Below, piece after piece: positions 57,078 to 64,000 of a DNA stretch of 64,000 bases (positions are counted from its first letter, which is position 1; each line of letters starts with the position of its first letter). The notes below the pieces were generated by a model, which searched no databases, was not told the DNA's origin, and saw only the letters and a list, made by a program, of their open reading frames with translations. The translations under genes were made by a program, and so were the position numbers. The DNA is from Macrostomum lignano (taxonomy: Eukaryota): NCBI GenBank assembly GCA_002269645.1, contig NIVC01000426.1:62001-126000 (forward strand). Reading direction: 5' to 3'.

Positions 57078-57770
57078 AATAATAATAATAACAATAATCT
57101 CACGCCCCGCGCCGACCACAAAAAAGTGGCCAAAAAGAGGAGGCGTCAAATCGCGCGCTTCGTGGCAAGGTCTCTGATGTGCTTCACGCCTGCTGCCGGC
57201 CTGCATGGCTGGGTGCTCGCGCATCATCGAAAAGACGCTCGATCCACGGCGAGCCACTCGTCCCTGTCCGCGAATGCGAGGTCCCTGCGGAGTCCACAGC
57301 AGGACGTCCTGCAGCGTCTCTGGGCAGTAAGGCTTCGACCCGGATAAACATGCCCCGCAAGCCGCGCAGACGTCGCTTGCTCAGCAGGAAAGACGGCAAC
57401 GTCAGGCGCGATCGCTGGTACCAGGGAGTCAGTCGTCTCGCTGCTGCCAGGGCCGTGGCGGGCGCCAAACGCGGCACGAACCAGAGCCGCATGCGCCGCG
57501 ATGAGCTGCCTCTCGAGCGCCCCGGTCAGCGACCAGGTCTCAGCATTGTACAAGAGGGCGATCTCAACAACAGCCTGGAACAGCTGGGACCTGGCGCTGG
57601 CCGACAGGGCCTCCGAGAGCAGCACAGCCCGAACAGATCGAAAAGCGACATAGGCCTTGCCGCGCCGTCTCGCCAGGTCGTCGCTCACGTCCGGCACCAG
57701 TCCGCCGAGGTAGAGGAACTGATTACCTTGAGGCACGGAAAGAATTCCAAATGAAGCAAATTTCTGTTTC
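57078..57770 (-). mobile_element. 5'-truncated RTE-like LINE fragment (RT C-terminal region and 3' end)
   Basis: NQFLYLGG...DLARRRGKAYVAFRSV...LFQAVVEIALLYNAETWSLTGALE is typical of the RTE-clade RT thumb region. After a frameshift it reads YQRSRL...RRLR. Ends in an (ATT)n-like tail at 57078-57097. Confidence 0.85.
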
Positions 57771-59344
57771 GTTCGAGGTGCAAGAATTAAATTTGTTGCG
57801 CAGAAAGTTTCAAAAGCATGTAAGAGGATGTGATAGGCAGTGTCTGATTTGCTGTCTGAATTCATCGATACGAGCCGGTATGCAGATTGACTGCTGCTCG
57901 AACCAAGCTGCGGTTTCTTTTTTAAAACCCAGTCTGGTTTAACTTCCATACAGTACTATTAGCTAGGGATTAGATAGAAGGGATAGAGATTGGTTGCTCG
58001 TAGACTGAGATATCTTGAGAAATTCTACATTCTATTCTTCTTCCTTACATACATTGTACAACTGTACATGTAACTGTCACATGCGATTCCACGACATCTG
58101 TTCCCCCGTCATTTGGAGCGTGATCTGCTTGCAGAATTGACTCAACCGCATGTCGATAAGCCATATGATGGATATATTGTAGCATCTTATGAGTTCACTG
58201 GGCAGCAACTCCCACGATATCCTTTAGCTAGTCAAATTTGCTTGCAGAAGAGATCAGATCTGCTTCCAGTTGGGCAGTGTATTGTAAATAATTGAAGACA
58301 GAAGTTCCGTCAGGACTCTGAGGGAGTCACAATTGCTTTCGCTAGTCTCAACTCAAAGTCGCCGCAAATCAGTTGTGATGCGGCCGCAGAAATGAAGCTC
58401 ACGAGTTCCTTGTCTCCTGCTCTTCTTTTCCAGACTCAACTTCTCAACTGCTTTATATACATGTACTATTATAACAAAACACGAGAGCCTGACTTGGTGA
58501 GTCAGGTGCATCTGGGGCTAGTCGATTTCTTCATGAATCCCTGTCACAAGCTGCTGTATATTAGAACCCTAGCTGCTGTACAAAACTTGAAACAAACAAA
58601 TAGTTGACATTGTGCACCCGATGTATATAGAGCTCGTAAATGGAGTCTAAAGTCTAACAATGTAAAAACAAGGATTACCATGTTTTAATTGATTTACAAT
58701 CCAACAGACTTAAAATTCGGTAACTATTGAAAAACTGATTTACTCATTTAACGACCGCTGCGTTTTCAAATGTTGCGATACAAGAGCGTCAAGTGCTCTG
58801 CTGCTGCTAGAGGAAAATAGGGGCTAAACTGCTGTACTAACAAGTGCGGCACTTGGCCACGGCACCGAGTGTCTTCGCAGGTCAGCAGTAGATCCAGCTA
58901 AAAACCTCAGTTCCGCAGGGATTATAGGCGCGGCGTGTTTGATTAGTTTTTAACTCAACTGGCAAACACAGCTCAACTCATAAGCAACTTTGCTTGTGTG
59001 CGGCGTAGAATCTCTGACCTGAAGCGCTCCGTGCGTGGGGAAACTTACAGAGATTAGCCAAGACTGCAGGTTAGGTTCTATTAACCGGTTGAACTATCCG
59101 AATGACTTTCGGATAATCCCTGATCCTCAGAGTTTAACTGTATTCATTGGTACTACGTGATGCGTTAGCAGAGAGCTATCTAAACCAGTTTTAGCCCTAC
59201 ATAATCGGCAATATACGGTTTTCACAAATCTCTGACGGAAAATTTATGGATCCAGTGCCCTGCCTCTTTAGCGCATTTGATGCGTGCGCTGCATATGTGA
59301 GGTTGGCGTCATTTTTTCTAGAAGAAGCGCTGGACTTGCGTGAC

Positions 59345-59462
59345 TGCTATTTTAAGATTAGTTGGCGTCGCGCCCTGTTGCCTGACCGCCCGCTATCACC
59401 ACGCCGGCCCGGTCTGTCCAGCGACCTGTTGCTCCGTCGACGACTGCAGCTGGTAGGCCACT
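59345..59462 (+). mobile_element. Possible short RTE-like LINE relic
   Basis: Translation KISWR...SSDLLLRRRLQLVGH resembles the conserved ISW...RRRLxxxGH segment of RTE ORFs. Confidence 0.4.
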
Positions 59463-60321
59463 TAGTCAACAGGTACTGGGCGTTTATTTGACGCCTTTTG
59501 ACTTTGAAGCGTACTTTTTCGTTGCTGTTGCCACCCAAAACGTGGATTACTGCATCTACGTGAAACACCCGTCATGCTCGATTCATATAGTCCCGCCCCC
59601 ATTCTCCTAACCATACTTACTATTTTATAGCAGAAAATACAAGGTACAAGTGATGTCAGAATTTTACCATAACTTCCAGCAATGTAGAATTATTTTGCAT
59701 TCACACGTGAGCTTTCATATTGCAGCGATCAGTGGGTACATTTATATTTTCACAGCTCACTGAATGAGGGTACAGTATGAGGTCAAAAAGATTCTCTAGC
59801 AGCAGATGAGACAGTAATGTGCAGCAGCTTGGGTATTAGTAGTCCGATGGCCCTGTTTCGCACACAACTGGTACTACACTGCATTGAGATTAGGCTGTTC
59901 AGATAGATATCAAGGACGAATTAAATACATGTACGAGCGTAGCTAGACGGGACTCTACGTTTCCTAGAAATCCACCGAATCTTTTTAGCATAAAACAAAT
60001 ACTTAAATAAAGATATTAGCACTCAATGTCGGCTTCCAAAGGAACATTGTCACATGATATAGAAGTTATAAAAATAGAGCTTCATACAACGGCAATTCTT
60101 TAGCATATGTGAGTCTTCAATTTTTCTCTTTAAAACTTACATAGCGAGTAGTCCCGCCATTGTAATTCTATCGGTTCTCGCTCGTATCAGACAGGTAGCT
60201 GTGATAAGGCTGGAAGAGAATCCACATGTAGAGTTATTTAATTTTTTAAATGCTCATTATTGTTTTGGGTCCCGAAAAATCGGAGGGAATTTGAAATCTA
60301 TAAAAAAACTTGTAAGGGGTG

Positions 60322-62286
60322 TCACACAACAGACACGTGCTGCATTGCCTGTCCTCTCGAAAGTCTCGATGAATTTCCGTCGTGGAGGTGCTCATTTCTG
60401 GACGCTTCCGGGCATAAAAATATTCCAACCAGTTCGGTGTCCTCATCAACTACGCTGGATGCTTCCTCGAGGACGACGCACGGTCCCGAAGTAATTTCGT
60501 CGGGTGATTGGGCGGACCTGGTGCAGGCAGGCGTTCGCAGGTGGTTCGCACTTCCCGGACAAGCTCCGTTAGCCATTTGACCAGCTCGCCGAGTCCAGCG
60601 CGAGTGAAGGTAGCTGGACGCAACTTGAGTGCACTTGATGCCCAGAATGGCCAGGAACTCGAACAGCTCAACGAATGTCACCAGAGACATGCCAACCCAG
60701 AGGCCGCCGATTCCACCTAGCTCAGACAGAACCTCAACAAACGAATACGACGGCGATTCGTGAATAAGCGTGCTTTTGGACTCTTCTGCGAAGACCTGTA
60801 GTTTTACAAAGTTTTGCCGCACAAATCTGTGGCTGACGCTCCAGCCTTTCTCGAAGTCCCGCGACCCGTCCGGGTGTCGGTGAAATCTGACGATTTGATC
60901 CAACAGCTGCTGGCCCTGGTAGCGGGCCCGGTGGAACTTCGGGCTAACAAACGTGTGGATGAAGGCCTCCAGGTCGGTGTGCGCAGGCCAAGGAACAGAT
61001 GCGATCGAGTATGTGTAACTGCTCTGCTCGCAGGCCTGAACAGTGCCGCACTCAGACGCAAACTGGTCATAAAGCTCCGTGCGAACTTGATTTTCAACAT
61101 CGTTGAAGCTTTTCAGCTGTTGAAACTTGTAGGCCCCGAAAGGTGCGGAGATGTTCTGCGCAGAAACGCCAGCAGCTCGCAGGTAATGGCAGAGAGCCGA
61201 GCGGTCCTGCGTCGGAAGGAATGTCGATTGACAGTGGCACTTGCGCATGAGGTGCTCCTGCCACTTCCTGACCACGCAGTCCTGGCCTCGTTTGCGAAAC
61301 CGCTGTATTCCCTCGGCCTCCGACGCCCAATAGTCGGTATGGCCGTAGTTTTCAACACAGTTATGTCCCGTTCTGTTTACGTAGACGTTTCGCTTCATCT
61401 TGAAGCGCAAGTCGGCGCTCCAACCGTTGCCAACGTCGGCGCCCTCCCAGTACACGTGCGGATACGTGCCAGGTTCGTGCACGAGCAGCCTGACGCCGCT
61501 GGACACTTGCATGCCGGCCTTGCCGAACACCGTGTCCAATTGTCTTAACGTCGAACGATGCTTTGGCGGCGGATATTCTACCACGTGATCCGGCTGGCTG
61601 GAGTCATCCAGCGGCATTGTGCTGGTGTACAGGATTATATTCAGGCCGTCATTGGGCCCGGTGCCTTGCACGCTTCGATCCTTGGGTCGGAATGACCAGC
61701 AATTCCAATAGTGCGAGTTCTGCACCAGCTTGAAATCCGCTGGTCTGCACGGGGCCTTCTTGTAGAAGCAGGCCACCATCGACAAGCTAAGGTTGTGGCC
61801 CAGATGGGCCGTGTCCACTGACGCCCAGTAGTGCTGCAACAGATTGTACCAGTGAAAGTACTTCTGCGTGCCGAATATGTCGCCACCTTTGGCGTAGACT
61901 CGCCTAAGAGCCACCATCAGGTCAAGCATGTTGGACTCCAACTGCCGTCTAGCTGGACTATCATGGTTCAGCAGGTACTGCGGCATCGGGCGCAGATTGC
62001 AGATGGTCACGTCCGGGAATATGGTGTCGACTCCTTCATTAAGAATGAGCGTGCTAACTGGAGTCAGGCTGAACTGGTGCACAGTCAGGTAGACGTGATA
62101 GCATCCGGCCATGCTGGTGAGACAGGTGAGCAGCAACCAGAATGCTCGCCTAACGTAGCTGTCGGCTCTAAATAGGTGCGCAACGCCATGCATGCTGGTG
62201 TGCTGAGCGAACCTGTTCAGGTGCATGAACACGCCGCGCAGGGCAGCCCAGCTCGCCACTGGTCGGTTCGATTCCTGACTGTACAT
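60322..62286 (-). CDS. DEG/ENaC (amiloride-sensitive) channel subunit, 654-aa uninterrupted ORF
   Basis: FAQHTSMHGVAHL (HG gating motif), TM1 RRAFWLLLTCL, FPDVTICNL, HYWNCWSF, GLNIILY, GVRLLVHEPG, Cys-rich thumb, RQNFVKLQVFAEE, TM2 SELGGIGGLWVGMSLVTFVELFE (GxS filter). Confidence 0.97.
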   Translation of the reverse strand: MYSQESNRPVASWAALRGVFMHLNRFAQHTSMHGVAHLFRADSYVRRAFWLLLTCLTSMAGCYHVYLTVHQFSLTPVSTLILNEGVDTIFPDVTICNLRPMPQYLLNHDSPARRQLESNMLDLMVALRRVYAKGGDIFGTQKYFHWYNLLQHYWASVDTAHLGHNLSLSMVACFYKKAPCRPADFKLVQNSHYWNCWSFRPKDRSVQGTGPNDGLNIILYTSTMPLDDSSQPDHVVEYPPPKHRSTLRQLDTVFGKAGMQVSSGVRLLVHEPGTYPHVYWEGADVGNGWSADLRFKMKRNVYVNRTGHNCVENYGHTDYWASEAEGIQRFRKRGQDCVVRKWQEHLMRKCHCQSTFLPTQDRSALCHYLRAAGVSAQNISAPFGAYKFQQLKSFNDVENQVRTELYDQFASECGTVQACEQSSYTYSIASVPWPAHTDLEAFIHTFVSPKFHRARYQGQQLLDQIVRFHRHPDGSRDFEKGWSVSHRFVRQNFVKLQVFAEESKSTLIHESPSYSFVEVLSELGGIGGLWVGMSLVTFVELFEFLAILGIKCTQVASSYLHSRWTRRAGQMANGACPGSANHLRTPACTRSAQSPDEITSGPCVVLEEASSVVDEDTELVGIFLCPEASRNEHLHDGNSSRLSRGQAMQHVSVV

Positions 62287-63164
62287 GCGAGAGTAGCTTA
62301 ACTCGTCCTAGGGTCGCGCAGAAACTTCGCCTAGATTGTTTTCAGTGCAGTGGAGTTCCGCGCCAATATCCCCGGCCAAGCTTTGGGAGGGGGAGGGGGC
62401 GGACCGCACAGCAGTTTCGGGGCTTGCCAAAGAATTCCCTGCCTCCAAAGATTTTGGCAGCCAATAAGAAGTTTGGCAAGAGAAAAAAAGCGCCCTGAAG
62501 TTTGATCGGGCCGCGGCGCGTCGATTTAAACCGCTAATTTGCATTTGAATCATTGCCATCCGGCTGGCAAGCAAAATAAAATTCTTCTCTCCCAAAGTAT
62601 TGAACATTCGCTGAGCATCACTAACGATAAGTCCTTGCTTTCCTCAAGCACTGTCCAGTTGGAGTAGGGAGCAAACTGTCAGCTAAATCTAGCGAACCTA
62701 ATGGCGGCACTTCTTTCTTGAGCCTGTAACGTGTCGGCCTTCACAGTTCCACTTACCGCCGCTAGAAATTGCCAAACTCACTGCAGTAATGCTTACTGCA
62801 GTGCTCTGCTGCTGGTCTGCGCTGCTAAAGCACCAGAAAGGGGGTAAACACTCCTATTTTTGCAGCTCGTCTGCTGCTGAGCCGTCGTGAGCAGCCCTCA
62901 CCACTCCCCAGCCCAGCTAATCCAGAAGAAGAGCCTCTGATCAGCCCCAAACAGTCCAGCCGTCAAAGTTTGACACCACTATGAAGCAGAGCCGAGCGCC
63001 ATAGCTGCCCAGTGCAATAGTGAAAATCCATTATTGAATTCTCCAATTTAACAGTGAGGGCGCGGGAAAGGTCCGCTCGCCGTATTGTACGCACGATTGA
63101 AGACAAATGGAGTGGATTGTGTCAGTTTGCTGCTTGCTCTACTTAGTAGTACAAATGACATGCG

Positions 63165-63600
63165 CTCATTTGAATCATTGCTCATAGACAATCGCTCATT
63201 TGATTCATTGCTCATGCAATCGCTCATTTGATTCATTGCTCATGCAATCGCTCATTTGATTCACTGCTCATAGACAATCGCTCATTTGATTCACTGTTCA
63301 TAGACAATCGCTCATTTGATTCATTGCTCATAGACAATCGCTCATTTGATTCACTGTTCATAGACAATCGCTCATTTGATTCATTGCTCATAGACAATCG
63401 CTCATTTGATTCATTGCTCATAGACAATCGCTCATTTGATTCACTGCTCATAGACAATCGCTCATTGGATTCACTGCTCATACAATCGCTCATTAGATTC
63501 ACTGCTCATGCAATCGCTCATTTGATCCATTGCTCATAGACAATCGCTCATTTGATTCATTGCTCATAGACAATCGCTCATTTGATCCATTGCTCATAGA
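63165..63600. repeat. 30-bp minisatellite (TGATTCATTGCTCATAGACAATCGCTCATT) upstream of DEG/ENaC gene
   Basis: About 14-15 copies. Confidence 0.95.
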
Positions 63601-64000
63601 CTGCTCATAGATCGCGTCACTGCAGGAAAACTGTATAAATCTGTTTCATAAGAGCCCTTCTATTTTTGATTAACTAGCAATTAGCGTCACAAACTATTCA
63701 GAAAGTCACTGCGCTGCAAAAAAATCCATCCACTTTTTGATGGGGAGTGCAGACTCAATTGGAATAATTGATGAAGCTATAGCACTGGGGAGGGGTATAT
63801 ATGTGTATTAAGCTTCCTTCCCTCCAGCATTAAAAATTCTTTCCCAAGCTGTCTATAATCCACACCGCACCTTCACTCCAGCGGCGCAGTCTGCAATACT
63901 TAAAACTGGTACTTGGTCCGCGTGTGTACACTTCCTATACTGTGCATGCACATTCCGGCCTCTACATCTGTAATTGGTTGCTATGGAAACTGCATCGATC

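Noticed and set aside
59095-59115. Perfect 8-bp hairpin TATCCGAA-TGACT-TTCGGATA
   Set aside because: No snoRNA boxes, tRNA fold or Helitron CTRR end in support; such short stems arise by chance.
60804-62175. Plus-strand 244-aa and other ORFs overlapping the DEG/ENaC gene
   Set aside because: Antisense and alternate-frame shadows of a GC-rich coding region with no recognisable motifs.

Overview
Intron-rich animal genomic DNA; no prokaryotic features and no CRISPR arrays. The style (GC-rich exons, AT-rich 5' introns, introns packed with tandem repeats) resembles a free-living flatworm such as Macrostomum; this is an inference, not proven. Eight protein-coding genes can be reconstructed by splicing: lysyl-tRNA synthetase (-, runs off the left edge), a neurotactin-like catalytically dead cholinesterase-fold type II membrane protein (-), Cdc25 phosphatase (+), ankyrin-DHHC palmitoyltransferase ZDHHC17/HIP14-like (-), PAN3 (+), a 6-Ig/5-FnIII neuroglian/L1-family adhesion molecule (-), a short FGFR1OP/CEP43-like LisH protein (-) and a DEG/ENaC channel with an uninterrupted ORF (-). 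Mobile DNA: a decayed DD34D mariner, a hAT-type MITE with an 8-bp TSD, tRNA-derived SINE copies and LINE relics. The most striking structure is about 25 different minisatellites (units 13-39 bp). Most are confined to, and nearly fill, a single intron (10 of 11 neuroglian introns). About half share an ATCYC core and several carry splice-signal-like or transcription-factor-like motifs. CpG is depleted just downstream of housekeeping promoters, and a CEP43-neuroglian operon-like arrangement is possible. Most long ORFs in the supplied track are repeat artefacts. Repeat boundaries and copy numbers are approximate, read by eye.
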